A stretch of 47,023 bases of DNA from an uncultured Piscirickettsiaceae bacterium (GTDB lineage: Bacteria > Pseudomonadota > Gammaproteobacteria > GCF-002020875): contig CAYQFH010000006.1 of assembly GCA_964416755.1 (NCBI GenBank), positions 1-47,023 of the forward strand. The letters are read 5' to 3'. The position numbers were made by a program, and so were the translations under genes. The notes under the pieces were generated by a model. That model saw nothing but the letters and a program-made list of their open reading frames with translations, searched no databases and was not told where the DNA came from. This document shows, one piece after another, positions 8,885 through 18,184 of this stretch (position 1 is its first letter; each line of letters starts with the position of its first letter).

Positions 8885-10251
8885 TGGCTGTTGAACAGAG
8901 TGTGCGACTACAGCAGACACTGGATCGACTGAGTCAACGTGCAGCAGAGGAGCAGGAGCCTGTTATCAAGGGGCGTCTGCGGCGCATGGTTGGACTTACA
9001 CTGGAAGCAGTGGGCTGCCAGGCCCCGTTGGGGGGGCGCTGTATGGTTGAACTTGCGGATGGTTCGCAAGCAGAGACCGAGGTTGTCGGATTCAATGATG
9101 AGAGCCTCTACCTGATGCCGGTGGGCGATCTCCAAGGGGTTACTCAGGGTGCGCATGTTGTTCCAAGTAGCAAGCAGTTTCAGGTCCCGGTAGGGGACGG
9201 TCTGTTGGGACGTGTGGTGGACGGTGCCGGTAATCCGATTGATGGCAAAGGCCCAATTGATGCCTTTGAGCACCGTTCACTCAATGGACGGCAAGTCAAC
9301 CCCCTGAACCGTTCTGTAATCAGTGAACCACTGGATGTGGGAATCCGTGCGATCAACTCCCTGCTTACGGTAGGGAAAGGGCAACGCATTGGCCTGTTCG
9401 CAGGAAGCGGTGTCGGCAAGAGTGTTCTGCTCGGGATGATGACACAATCAACGGCTGCTGATGTGGTCGTGGTAGGGTTGATTGGAGAGCGTGGTCGAGA
9501 GGTGCAGGAGTTTATCCAGAAAATTCTGGGTGAGGAGGGGATGCAGCGTGCGATTGTGGTGGCAACACCGGCAGATGACTCTCCGCTAATGCGGATGCAT
9601 GGTGCCATGTTGACCCACACGATTGCCGAGTACTTCCGGGATCAGGGCAAGGATGTACTGATGCTGATGGACTCTCTGACCCGTTTTGCGATGGCGCAAC
9701 GTGAGATCGGTCTCTCTGTTGGTGAACCCCCAACTACAAAAGGGTATCCCCCTTCGGTATTTGCCAAACTGCCCAAACTGGTTGAGCGTGCCGGCATGGG
9801 AGGTGAAAAGGGTGGATCAATCACTGCTTTTTATACCGTGCTGGTTGAGGGGGGTGATCATGATGAACCGATTGCTGATGCAGCCCGAGGCATTTTGGAC
9901 GGTCACTTTGTGATGTCCAGAGAGATTGCAGCCAGTGGCCGTTACCCTGCGATTGATGTGGAGCTGTCGGTCAGTCGTGTAATGAATGATGTGGTTTCAC
10001 CGGAACATCAACAGCTGGCACAACACTTCCGTCAAATCTACGGGCGGTATAGCCAGAATGAAGATCTGATCAGTGTAGGTGCCTATCAGCGAGGGAGTGA
10101 TCCGCGTATTGATGAAGCGATCAGCTACTATCCATTGATGAATCAGTTTTTGAGTCAATCACGTGGCGAGGCAGCGGATATAGCGACCAGTGTCACCACA
10201 CTGGTACAGCTGTTTCAGAGCCAGCAGCAAGCACAACAGGCGGCTGGTTAA
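8884..10251 (+). CDS. fliI: Flagellum-specific ATPase FliI
   Basis: Walker A GSGVGKS and Walker B VLMLMDSLTRFA. F1/T3SS ATPase family pattern throughout. Confidence 0.95.
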   Translation: MAVEQSVRLQQTLDRLSQRAAEEQEPVIKGRLRRMVGLTLEAVGCQAPLGGRCMVELADGSQAETEVVGFNDESLYLMPVGDLQGVTQGAHVVPSSKQFQVPVGDGLLGRVVDGAGNPIDGKGPIDAFEHRSLNGRQVNPLNRSVISEPLDVGIRAINSLLTVGKGQRIGLFAGSGVGKSVLLGMMTQSTAADVVVVGLIGERGREVQEFIQKILGEEGMQRAIVVATPADDSPLMRMHGAMLTHTIAEYFRDQGKDVLMLMDSLTRFAMAQREIGLSVGEPPTTKGYPPSVFAKLPKLVERAGMGGEKGGSITAFYTVLVEGGDHDEPIADAARGILDGHFVMSREIAASGRYPAIDVELSVSRVMNDVVSPEHQQLAQHFRQIYGRYSQNEDLISVGAYQRGSDPRIDEAISYYPLMNQFLSQSRGEAADIATSVTTLVQLFQSQQQAQQAAG

Positions 10252-10254
10252 TTG

Positions 10255-10692
10255 ATGGCCAATAAAAAGCGGGCAGATCGGCTGAACAGTGTCATTCAGA
10301 TTGCGGAAGATGCTGAGAAGAAGGCCTTTGCGGAGCTTGCAAAATGCCGTGAAGAGATTCAGCACCAGGAAGCCAAACTGGAGGATTTGGTTCACTATCG
10401 CAGTGAGTACCATCAAGAGATGAAGCAGACAGGTTTGGCCACCATGCCTCAGCAGATCCAGAACCGCTTCTCTTTTTTACAAAAACTGGAGAGTGCAATC
10501 TCAGGGCAGGAAGAGCAGATCTCTGCCTGGGGAGATCAGGAGAGTCGTCTGCAGAAAGTCTGGATGGAGAAGCGTGTCCGTTGCCGAGCGCTGAATAAAG
10601 CTACAGAACATCGTAAAGCTGAATTTCTGCGAGAGACAAAACGTCGAGAACAGAAGCAGCTGGATGATTTGGCTGTGAATCGGAGAAAATAG
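10255..10692 (+). CDS. fliJ: Flagellar export chaperone/stalk protein FliJ
   Basis: ~145 aa all-helical coiled-coil protein immediately after fliI, with a typical FliJ charge pattern. ATG at 10255 is preferred over the TTG at 10252 listed in the ORF track. Confidence 0.75.
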   Translation: MANKKRADRLNSVIQIAEDAEKKAFAELAKCREEIQHQEAKLEDLVHYRSEYHQEMKQTGLATMPQQIQNRFSFLQKLESAISGQEEQISAWGDQESRLQKVWMEKRVRCRALNKATEHRKAEFLRETKRREQKQLDDLAVNRRK

Positions 10693-10772
10693 TCAGGATT
10701 GAAGAGGTTGGTACGCAGGTTGCATTTATCCCTTCCAGTATAGAGTCCAAAAATAATAATAAGGAAAACTGG

Positions 10773-12122
10773 ATGGAAGCGACACTCAACCCTCTGCTAT
10801 CTACCTCCAAGCAGGTGCAATCAGGCCTTTCTGCGGCAACCAGCGATCTGTTCTCGATAGATTCGGGTAATCTAATGAAGAATCAGTCTACAGAAGACTC
10901 CTTTTCTGATCTGCTGCAAGAGAAAATTGATAAAAAACGTTCTGCCAAGAGAGAGGAGCGGAATAATTTGCCGCTTGGTGGCAAAGAGGAGTCAATTCAG
11001 CCAGAGAGAAATAGGAAGTCTGAGTTGAATAAAGAGGATTCAGTGGTAAAGCAGGCGGAGAATTCTCGTGAAGGAGAGACAGAAAAGCAGAGATCCGCAG
11101 AGCAAGCCGGTCACAGTAAGGAGCAGTCTGAACAGACAGCGTCTGATGCGGAGCCAAATGCGGCAGATGGTGCTGAGGATGGTAGTGATGTAACTGCTGA
11201 AGGATTGGTATCAGATCAGATACTAGTGGCAGAAGATGGAGAGGCCTCAGAAACCGATAACCCTGAAGCAATGCTGAATGCATTGCAGCAGCCTGTTTCC
11301 GGGAATCAACAAGAGACTGTTGCGGTTGTCTCTCCGCAAGCTGCAGCCAACCAACAACACAACGTAACTGAGGAGGCCGTCGAGCTGGATGAAGCCCTGA
11401 TGGAAGAAGAGATGGTGAAACGGGCATCCGCTGAGCAGGGGCGTGGCAGAAGTCCGAACCTTCCTCCTGAGCTTCAGAAAGGGGACCAGCAGATTCACCT
11501 GAATGAAGAGATGAACCTCAAATCCGCAATGAATGCACTAAAAGAGCAGCATGCTGCGGGTGCAATGGCAAGTGGACAGGGGACGGGAGGGGAGCAAACT
11601 TCCCAGAATGGAGGCAATCAGTCCATGAATTCACTCTTCTCGGCAGCTGATCCGGTCAATTCTGCAGAGCGCCCTGTCCAGTTGAAAGGGATGACGGTGA
11701 CTCCGCAGTCGAGACAGTGGTCCTCGGAACTGGGTGAACGTATCCTCTTCATGGCTGGAAAGAAGATTCAGAGCGCAGAGATCCGGCTCAATCCACCCAA
11801 TCTGGGATTGATGGAGGTGAAACTGGCGATCAGCGGTGAGCAGGCGCAACTGGTTTTCCAGAGTGGCAATGCCAATGTGCGTGATGTGCTGGAATCGGCG
11901 GTACCCCGTATTCGTGAGATGCTGGAGCAGAACGGAATCACTCTGACTGATGTTACGGTCTCGGATGGTAAGCAGCAGCAAGAGAGTGCTGAGTCTGGAG
12001 AAGGCGAACAGCGTAGAGGGGATGGCAGCCTTGGCGGTTTGGGAGAAGGTGTTGATGAAGAGGTTGTGCCCATCTCCTCAATGGCAGTCGATCGAATCGG
12101 CCTGGTCGATTACTATATCTAA
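10773..12122 (+). CDS. fliK: Flagellar hook-length control protein FliK
   Basis: Disordered Glu/Gln/Ser-rich N-terminus. C-terminal Flg_hook domain (AEIRLNPPNLGLMEVKLAISGEQAQLVFQSGNANVRDVLESAVPRIREMLEQNGITLTDVTV). Position after fliJ. Confidence 0.82.
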   Translation: MEATLNPLLSTSKQVQSGLSAATSDLFSIDSGNLMKNQSTEDSFSDLLQEKIDKKRSAKREERNNLPLGGKEESIQPERNRKSELNKEDSVVKQAENSREGETEKQRSAEQAGHSKEQSEQTASDAEPNAADGAEDGSDVTAEGLVSDQILVAEDGEASETDNPEAMLNALQQPVSGNQQETVAVVSPQAAANQQHNVTEEAVELDEALMEEEMVKRASAEQGRGRSPNLPPELQKGDQQIHLNEEMNLKSAMNALKEQHAAGAMASGQGTGGEQTSQNGGNQSMNSLFSAADPVNSAERPVQLKGMTVTPQSRQWSSELGERILFMAGKKIQSAEIRLNPPNLGLMEVKLAISGEQAQLVFQSGNANVRDVLESAVPRIREMLEQNGITLTDVTVSDGKQQQESAESGEGEQRRGDGSLGGLGEGVDEEVVPISSMAVDRIGLVDYYI

Positions 12123-12162
12123 CCCATAAGTGAAGTGATAGCCGATAACCGGGGGTGCTGTT

Positions 12163-13197
12163 TTGATTGATGGGCTGGAGGATCAGCAGATTATTGCATT
12201 GGTGGTGGTGCTGACGGCATCGCTGTTGGCAGCAATCGGATATCTGGTAGCACGTCTGAGTCGCCTCTCCCGGAGTCAACCTTCCGCAGAGCCGACCATC
12301 GTTAAGGATGAGCGCTATGATCGGTTGGTGCAGCAGCTATCCGCACTTGAATTGAATGTTGATGCATTGCACCAGGCTACCACGGTGAGTGCCCCGGACG
12401 TGGGGCAATTCCTCAGCCGTCTGGCAGAACATATTCAACTCCTTGAGAGGATGGCAGAGCAGCAGTCAGCTTCTGAACCGGTGATTCAAGTGCCGGCAAT
12501 GGTAGACGATAATGGCCAGATGGAGGCACTGCAGTCGCAACTGGTACAGCAGCAACAGGGCATACAGCGGGTTGGAGAGCGAATGCAGACAATAACGGCA
12601 TTGCTCTCTCAAATGCGGGGTCAGTTACAGCAGCCACTGGATGAGTCGGAAAAGGAGGGGGCAGGGCCTGAAGTGGATGTCTGTATTGATAATCTGCAGC
12701 AGTTGTCGATGATGGTCAGCAGTGCATCCGATGAGATTACCAGAGCCAGTGATCAGATTCAGCGCCTTGAGGTGGATAGTGTCAATGTGGGTGGGGTACT
12801 GGACGGGATTGGAGAGATTGCCGAACAGACCAATCTGTTGGCGCTGAATGCAGCGATTGAGGCAGCACGTGCAGGAGACCAGGGGCGTGGTTTTGCGGTT
12901 GTGGCGGATGAAGTGAGAACATTGGCGCAACGTAGTCAGGATCTGACTGGTGAGATCTGGGAGCGGGTTGAAAACTGGAAAGAGATTACCAGCGAAGCGA
13001 TGGAGGCTGCAGCTGAGAGTCGTTCAAAAATGACCCGGGGATTGGACCAACTGCAGACTTTCAGCCATTCGCTGCATTCCATAGCGGAGCACCATGGTGC
13101 TGATGCAGGACGTGAAATGGAACTGGTGCAACCTCTCCAGCAGCTGGCAGAGGCAGTAGAGTTGCTCAGTGAAGAGGTGAAGTTGCTACAGCCGTAG
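12163..13197 (+). CDS. Miniature membrane-anchored methyl-accepting-chemotaxis-protein signalling-domain protein (no sensor domain, no HAMP recognised)
   Basis: One N-terminal TM ([21 protein letters not shown]). Gln-rich coiled coil. MCP hairpin-tip signature [44 protein letters not shown] start with gggggtg RBS, 40 nt after the fliK stop. Confidence 0.7.
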   Translation: MIDGLEDQQIIALVVVLTASLLAAIGYLVARLSRLSRSQPSAEPTIVKDERYDRLVQQLSALELNVDALHQATTVSAPDVGQFLSRLAEHIQLLERMAEQQSASEPVIQVPAMVDDNGQMEALQSQLVQQQQGIQRVGERMQTITALLSQMRGQLQQPLDESEKEGAGPEVDVCIDNLQQLSMMVSSASDEITRASDQIQRLEVDSVNVGGVLDGIGEIAEQTNLLALNAAIEAARAGDQGRGFAVVADEVRTLAQRSQDLTGEIWERVENWKEITSEAMEAAAESRSKMTRGLDQLQTFSHSLHSIAEHHGADAGREMELVQPLQQLAEAVELLSEEVKLLQP

Positions 13198-13207
13198 TCA
13201 ATTCAAC

Positions 13208-14356
13208 CTACCAGGACCGGACCAGGTCAGTTGTCTGAATGCCGAGTAGAGAGGCATCCACATCGGTCATCCCTGAGGCCCGTGTATTGGAGACCTGTGT
13301 GATCTGCAGTGTAGCCAGGATATTAAGCGGGTTCTCTTTTTCCACAATGACCAGTCGATCACCGGAGTGTATTCCTGCATTGCGTCCAACCGGCAAGGTG
13401 ACCACGTTACCCTGGATGGAGTCGATACCGGTAACCATTGGCTGGCAGGAGAGCTCATCCAGCAGTTTGCGTGTCTGAGTAGTAATCAGTTGCTGAAAAC
13501 CACTTCCGGTACTGGAAGAGAGAAAGCGATGGCTGCCAACGGGGATGTTTCTGCCTACATAGGTGGTCCCCAATACGGTCACTCCCTCCTGGTGTTGAGC
13601 AATCAGATCACCAGTGGCACCATCGTAGAGTGTAGTCTGAACTTCAAGATAACGTTGTTGTACCTGATCTTGTACAATACCAATCAGTGAGGAGATCCCC
13701 TTCATCGGGCCGCTCTCGGCCAGATCTCCAACAGCTTGACGACCCGCCTGTTCCAGTGTGCCGGCTACAATGAACTGTACACCACTCTGCTGGGCAAGCT
13801 GCTGTATCTGCTCCTGAAGCTCTCCATAATTGCCACCTTCAACGGCATAATCACTGAGGTTGACCGCTTTCAGTGAAGGAGAGTGGTTGATTTGGCGAAT
13901 CAGCATTCCGGCCAATCCCTGTTCAACGGCTCTCAGATCACTGCTGTCATGGAGTGCATGGTTGGTGAACTGGGTGACCCCAATACGCTTGTTGTGCACC
14001 AGTGCATCAGGCGAACCGCAGTGGAGCGAGTTGTCTCCGACATCGGCCGAGATTCGCACATGGTAAATCCCATCCTCCTGCCACTCCTGCAGCATATGTA
14101 CCTTGCCCACCTTGCCCTGTGTGCGGATACGGAAGGTATCGGAGCGAATGGAGAGGTTGTTCATGATGGTGTCCGAGGTGACCTGGGCACCATTCTCCAA
14201 ACTGGCCTGATTCATTGCATCCAGTGTTGCCAGATAACGTGCTGTAGAGAGGTCATTATGGCGGATGGGTGCCTTGCCCTCCGACGTGAGGAATACTGCA
14301 GCAGCTGATTGGCTCAGCAACGTGGCAGCGAGTAGTGCAATAAATTCTCTTTTCAT
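13208..14356 (-). CDS. FlgT-like periplasmic flagellar outer-disk (H-ring) assembly protein
   Basis: Signal peptide (ALLAATLLSQSAAA). 382 aa, close to Vibrio FlgT (~377 aa). Three-part layout with a C-terminal small-barrel motif (VTGIDSIQGNVVTLPVGRNAGIHSGDRLVIV) like the FlgT_C domain. In an operon with a FlgP-like gene. Assignment is by recollection of family features, not by search. Confidence 0.5.
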   Translation of the reverse strand: MKREFIALLAATLLSQSAAAVFLTSEGKAPIRHNDLSTARYLATLDAMNQASLENGAQVTSDTIMNNLSIRSDTFRIRTQGKVGKVHMLQEWQEDGIYHVRISADVGDNSLHCGSPDALVHNKRIGVTQFTNHALHDSSDLRAVEQGLAGMLIRQINHSPSLKAVNLSDYAVEGGNYGELQEQIQQLAQQSGVQFIVAGTLEQAGRQAVGDLAESGPMKGISSLIGIVQDQVQQRYLEVQTTLYDGATGDLIAQHQEGVTVLGTTYVGRNIPVGSHRFLSSSTGSGFQQLITTQTRKLLDELSCQPMVTGIDSIQGNVVTLPVGRNAGIHSGDRLVIVEKENPLNILATLQITQVSNTRASGMTDVDASLLGIQTTDLVRSW

Positions 14357-14368
14357 GGCAACATCAAG

Positions 14369-15439
14369 TCAGCGAGCATTATAACTATAAGGCTTGATTG
14401 TATTCGATTGTTCCATGGATTTCAGAATATTACGCTCAATCTGTTGCTGCTGCCGTGTCAGTCGTTCCAACTGGCTATTCATTGTATCCAACTGCCGGGG
14501 TGAAGTGGGGGCTTGCGTCGGTTGAGGTTGGGATGATTGCTGTTGTGCAATCTTCTCAACCAGTGCCTGCAGACTACTTTGTGCGTGTGCCAATGATTGC
14601 TGTTGTCTGTTCAGATTGGTGAGCTGTTCCAGCAGTGTCTCCGGTAGAGTCGGGGTTGCAGGAGTTTGCGTGTCGACTCTGTCGATGCTCTTTGCCATTG
14701 AGGATTGAGCAGAACGGATCTGCTCGTATTGTGCCATCAGTTGATCCAGTTTCTCCTCCAGTCGCTTGTTGGAACTGGAGGTAACATTGGTGCGAGACTG
14801 CTGTTGTTGCACTTGTTCAAACTGTACCTGTTGCTGCTGAATTTGTGTCAGTTGTTGAGTCATCAGGTCGAAGCCTGAGAGATCTATCGTTGGGGGAGCA
14901 CGGCTGGAGATCTTCTTGATCTCTTCAGTGATCTGCCTAGTGTACTCTTCCTGGTTCTGTTGCCGGGTCAGCAGGGTAGCAATTTGTTGATTTTGATCGA
15001 CCAGCTGCTGTTGCTGTGTTTTTTGAATCTGTTGCAGTGTTTCAGTGACGCTATCTGGCAGTGAGATCTGTGCAGAGGGAGCAGGGAGTGTGGCAATTGA
15101 TTGCTGTGTCTGCTCCAGCCGATTCTCAATTTCTGACAGTTGATTGATGACTGGATGGAGATTTGTGGATGTCTGACTGCGTTGACGGTTAGCAATCAGA
15201 TCGAGGGTTGCCTGTATCTGATTGAGCTGCTCAATATTGGGTAGGTCGTCCGATGAGGTGGTGGCCCGGGATGGGTTGAACGGTTTTCCGCTCAGCGCAG
15301 CAAGCTGTTGGTTCAACTGCTGCTGACCATTGCGTACCTCAAGAATGAGCAGGGTAAACAGTGTGGCAAGGCTGAACAGCCCCAAGGTGATAAAGAGCAC
15401 CAGTGAGGTGAACAGACCTTTGGGTTGTGTGTTGCTCAT
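14369..15439 (-). CDS. Gln-rich coiled-coil protein with an N-terminal membrane anchor (unknown function)
   Basis: TM helix (LFTSLVLFITLGLFSLATLFTLLILE), then ~320 aa of Gln/Leu/Thr-rich predicted coiled coil. No recognisable family. Lies between the flgP-like and flgT-like genes on the same strand. Confidence 0.55.
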   Translation of the reverse strand: MSNTQPKGLFTSLVLFITLGLFSLATLFTLLILEVRNGQQQLNQQLAALSGKPFNPSRATTSSDDLPNIEQLNQIQATLDLIANRQRSQTSTNLHPVINQLSEIENRLEQTQQSIATLPAPSAQISLPDSVTETLQQIQKTQQQQLVDQNQQIATLLTRQQNQEEYTRQITEEIKKISSRAPPTIDLSGFDLMTQQLTQIQQQQVQFEQVQQQQSRTNVTSSSNKRLEEKLDQLMAQYEQIRSAQSSMAKSIDRVDTQTPATPTLPETLLEQLTNLNRQQQSLAHAQSSLQALVEKIAQQQSSQPQPTQAPTSPRQLDTMNSQLERLTRQQQQIERNILKSMEQSNTIKPYSYNAR

Positions 15440-15550
15440 CGCACTCTATAGCAATCGAAAATTCTCCACCCCCTGCTGAGGGAGGCGCAGGAGGCAGAGA
15501 AGAGGGTCACCCTCTACTCAAGAAGAGGAGAGGGGCTTGCGATATCCAGC

Positions 15551-15985
15551 TTAGAAGCTGTTGGCAATATCGAAGAAGTCCTGGTCGATGACCATCTCTA
15601 CAACGGTTTCGTAGTTGCCGTTGCCGATTGGGTTGATGCTGACGATCTCGGCACCACGCAGATAGGCATCGACATAGACGCGGAAGTTATCGTTCTTGGC
15701 AACCATCGAGGAGACAGTGGTGGAACCGTTGACACGTACGCCATAGACCTGCTCGGAAAGTGCACGGTAGGCGTCCATCTTGGAAGCACGGATTGAGGTC
15801 AGCATACGCTGTCCATCAGAGTATCCTTCGTAGGTGCTCTCTGCGCCGTAACCGATGGCAGAGATACGGACGGGCTCTGCAAAACCGATCTCTTCCGCAC
15901 CTGCAGGTGCAGCCTGTGCTGTAGTGCCCCAGGCCATCAAGAGGGCAGGGGCCAGAGGGAGGATGTTATTCAATTTACGTTTCAT
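15551..15985 (-). CDS. flgP: FlgP-like (LPP20 family) flagellar basal-disk/H-ring protein
   Basis: Signal peptide (ILPLAPALLMAWGTTAQA). LPP20/FlgP pattern VRISAIGYG...QRMLTSIRASKMDAYRALSEQVYGVRVNGSTTV...VDAYLRGAEIVSINPIGNGNYETVVEMVID. Start moved to ATG 15985 (MKRKLNN...), which has an aggaga RBS; the ORF track starts at 16015. No lipobox Cys, unlike Vibrio/Campylobacter FlgP. Confidence 0.65.
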   Translation of the reverse strand: MKRKLNNILPLAPALLMAWGTTAQAAPAGAEEIGFAEPVRISAIGYGAESTYEGYSDGQRMLTSIRASKMDAYRALSEQVYGVRVNGSTTVSSMVAKNDNFRVYVDAYLRGAEIVSINPIGNGNYETVVEMVIDQDFFDIANSF

Positions 15986-16042
15986 GATTGTGCTCTCCTG
16001 TCTAATTGTCATCATGTTGTTTTGGTTGTTATTGCTTTTTGG

Positions 16043-16690
16043 TTACGGGAATGTGATTCCCTGGTTATATCCTTCCGGGAATTGTGATCCTCGTCCACGT
16101 CGTTTCTTCGGACCATCTCCCAGCAGTTCATTCAGCTTCTGTTCGATACGCTTGAGGTCTGCTCTCATGTTGCGTACCTGTTTACCGGCCTGTGAGGCGC
16201 CGCGAACAGAGCGTTTGATCGATGCTGTGTCACTATTGAGGTTTTCAGCAAGCTGGCGCAGGATCAGTTGTGTGTCTGTCAGCATCATTGTGATTTCTGA
16301 AAGATCACCGTCTTCACCTTCATACTCATCTTCGTATTCGCCATCTTCTTCGTCACCTTCCTCATCGGACTCTTCTTCATCCTCATCGGACTCCTCTTCA
16401 TCCTCATCGGCATCTTCGTCCTCTTCATCTTCGTTAGGGAGGAGAACACCTGCCAGGGCGGAGATCTGTTCACCCATACCCGGAACCACCTCGCCGTGCA
16501 GTTCGGTAATTTTGGTGCTCATCTCCTCGACCATGGCACCATCGCCACCGGAAGGGAAGAGGATCAGATAGACCAGAATTGCGATATTGAGGACTACAGA
16601 AAGCGCGCCCAGGATCAGTGGAACCAGACCACCGCCGCCACCGCCGCCTTCTTCCTCTTCGCTCTCGTCGTTTGCTTCGTCTTTAGCCAT
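16043..16690 (-). CDS. Poly-acidic single-pass membrane protein (unknown function)
   Basis: Acidic N-terminus, Gly7 run, and TM (LVPLILGALSVVLNIAILVYLILF). ~45-residue Asp/Glu block (DEEDEDADEDEEESDEDEEESDEEGDEEDGEYEDEYEGEDGD). Basic helical C-terminus (KRSVRGASQAGKQVRNMRADLKRIEQKL...KKRRGRG). No recognisable family. Confidence 0.55.
   Translation of the reverse strand: MAKDEANDESEEEEGGGGGGGLVPLILGALSVVLNIAILVYLILFPSGGDGAMVEEMSTKITELHGEVVPGMGEQISALAGVLLPNEDEEDEDADEDEEESDEDEEESDEEGDEEDGEYEDEYEGEDGDLSEITMMLTDTQLILRQLAENLNSDTASIKRSVRGASQAGKQVRNMRADLKRIEQKLNELLGDGPKKRRGRGSQFPEGYNQGITFP
16360..16422. repeat. Three tandem 21-bp repeats encoding the (D/E)7 heptads of the acidic protein
   Basis: cctcatcggactcttcttcat / cctcatcggactcctcttcat / cctcatcggcatcttcgtcct are head to tail. 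On the coding (minus) strand they give DEDEEES-like heptads. Confidence 0.8.
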
Positions 16691-16749
16691 AATCTTCGTT
16701 TCTTGTTGTTAACTATTATTAATGGTTAATGCTTTGTCGATCCGGCAGG

Positions 16750-18081
16750 TTAAAAGAGCTCTACATCGCCATCCTGCATGGAGGACTTGGAACTGCTGCT
16801 GCTGGATGCCAACGAGCCGCGTGCCTGTGAAATTGCCCCTTGCAGCGTACCCAATTGCTCCTGACAGTCGCTGCCACTACTGACACTGCCCTGTAGCTGG
16901 TGGACACTGTTGTCAATCTGATCTGCAAACTGCTGCAGATTGTTGGTCTGGCCGTCGAGCTGTCCCAGAATCTGTGAGACGATATCCTCGAACTGGAGAG
17001 AGCGTACTGCGATCGATACATTGTCATCCACCTGGGTAATCATTCCCGAGATCTGCTCAAGCTTGGTAGAGACGGCATTGTTCATCTTCTCCAGGTCATA
17101 CATCATGTTGTCTACGGTAGATTTGGAGGTGAGCGCTTCGTTCACGTCTTCTGTGGCCACTTTGGAGACGATGGAACGTACATCATCAATAGTGGTTTTG
17201 GCCTGTTCTGCCTGGGCACGAATCTGCTCATTGAGCTGGTTGGAGTGGAGAGAGAGCTTTCTCACCTCATCGGCAACCACCGCGAATCCTCGACCGGCAT
17301 CACCGGCACGTGCGGCCTCAATGGCTGCATTCAGTGCCAGCAGGTTGGTCTGATCCGCAATGCTCTTTACATCGACCAGCAGGGTGAAGATCGCCTCGAT
17401 CTGTCCCACCATCTCATCAATCTTGCCGACGGTTTCAGTACTGCGCTGTCCCACATTGGAGAGCTGTGCAACCAGCTTCTCCATCACCTGGGTGGTTTCG
17501 TTGGAGAGCTGCTGGAAGCTGAGGGCCTGTGAGTCTGAACTGCCTTCACCGGAAGCCAGGCTTTCGATCAGAGAGACGACAACATCGTGCTCTTGTTGGG
17601 TGTGGTCATTCAGGTTATTGAAACTATTGTTAAGGTTGGTGATTGCATCCTTGATGATGTCCCGGATGTTGGAGGTTTTCTCCTGAATGGAGGAGGATTC
17701 ATGGCGCAGGTACTGTCCAATCTCTGTTGTGATACCGCTGATCTGAGGCGTGATATTGACAGCTTCTGCCATCGGCATTGCAATGGGTTCGGGGACTGGC
17801 TCTGGAGCAGGTGCGGACGCCTCGGCCTCCTGAGCAGGTGTCTGTGCTGTGGTGGCTGCTTGCTTGCTATTCAGCAGTGCCATAATGGTCCATGCAGTTG
17901 CAGTGATCACCGTTAGAATAATTGGCACGATACCCGCTCCGAGCAGAATCTCCGAGATGATCGCAATTATGGTGATGAGCAGGGCAGGCCAGTAAAATTC
18001 TATGAAATTACTGCTGTTCTGTTGTGCACTGTTGCTGTTCGACTTATCCATAATAGTTACGTATGTTCTATGCTGTTTCAA
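16750..18081 (-). CDS. Methyl-accepting chemotaxis protein with a TM hairpin and no periplasmic sensor domain
   Basis: Two adjacent TM helices ([40 protein letters not shown]), then a Pro/Ala linker and long helical region. MCP tip signature [44 protein letters not shown] start at 18081 is supported by a gaggaag RBS. Confidence 0.8.
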   Translation of the reverse strand: MKQHRTYVTIMDKSNSNSAQQNSSNFIEFYWPALLITIIAIISEILLGAGIVPIILTVITATAWTIMALLNSKQAATTAQTPAQEAEASAPAPEPVPEPIAMPMAEAVNITPQISGITTEIGQYLRHESSSIQEKTSNIRDIIKDAITNLNNSFNNLNDHTQQEHDVVVSLIESLASGEGSSDSQALSFQQLSNETTQVMEKLVAQLSNVGQRSTETVGKIDEMVGQIEAIFTLLVDVKSIADQTNLLALNAAIEAARAGDAGRGFAVVADEVRKLSLHSNQLNEQIRAQAEQAKTTIDDVRSIVSKVATEDVNEALTSKSTVDNMMYDLEKMNNAVSTKLEQISGMITQVDDNVSIAVRSLQFEDIVSQILGQLDGQTNNLQQFADQIDNSVHQLQGSVSSGSDCQEQLGTLQGAISQARGSLASSSSSSKSSMQDGDVELF

Positions 18082-18157
18082 ATTCTTCCTCTTGAGCGTG
18101 CAACATCCAGAGTTGCAGTTTCAAGAGGCTTTCCAGTGGCGCTTAATTCCAGTAGGT

Positions 18158-18184
18158 TTATCGGCGCGGCTTTTTTTCTCTTTA
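18158..18184 (-). promoter_or_regulatory. Sigma-28 (FliA) promoter for the MCP/acidic/flgP/Gln-rich/flgT-like operon
   Basis: The minus strand reads TAAA-gagaaaaaaagccgc-GCCGATAA. This is an exact match to the core TAAA-N15-GCCGATAA consensus, ~75 nt upstream of the MCP start. Confidence 0.65.

Noticed and set aside
12141-12148. A perfect sigma-28 -10 element, GCCGATAA, between fliK and the mini-MCP.
   Set aside because: There is no TAAA-like -35 at the required 15-nt spacing (the nearest TAA is ~2 nt off). A start ~7 nt downstream would remove the RBS of the TTG start at 12163. It may be fortuitous, or at most a weak promoter.
15855-16571. A 238-aa Ser-rich plus-strand ORF (…SSSPSSSDSSSSSSDSSSSSSASSSSSSS…).
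   Set aside because: It is the antisense reading of the GAA/GAG/GAT-rich acidic repeat of the minus-strand gene 16043-16690 and also overlaps the flgP-like gene. It has no RBS or start context, and the poly-Ser is a compositional artefact.
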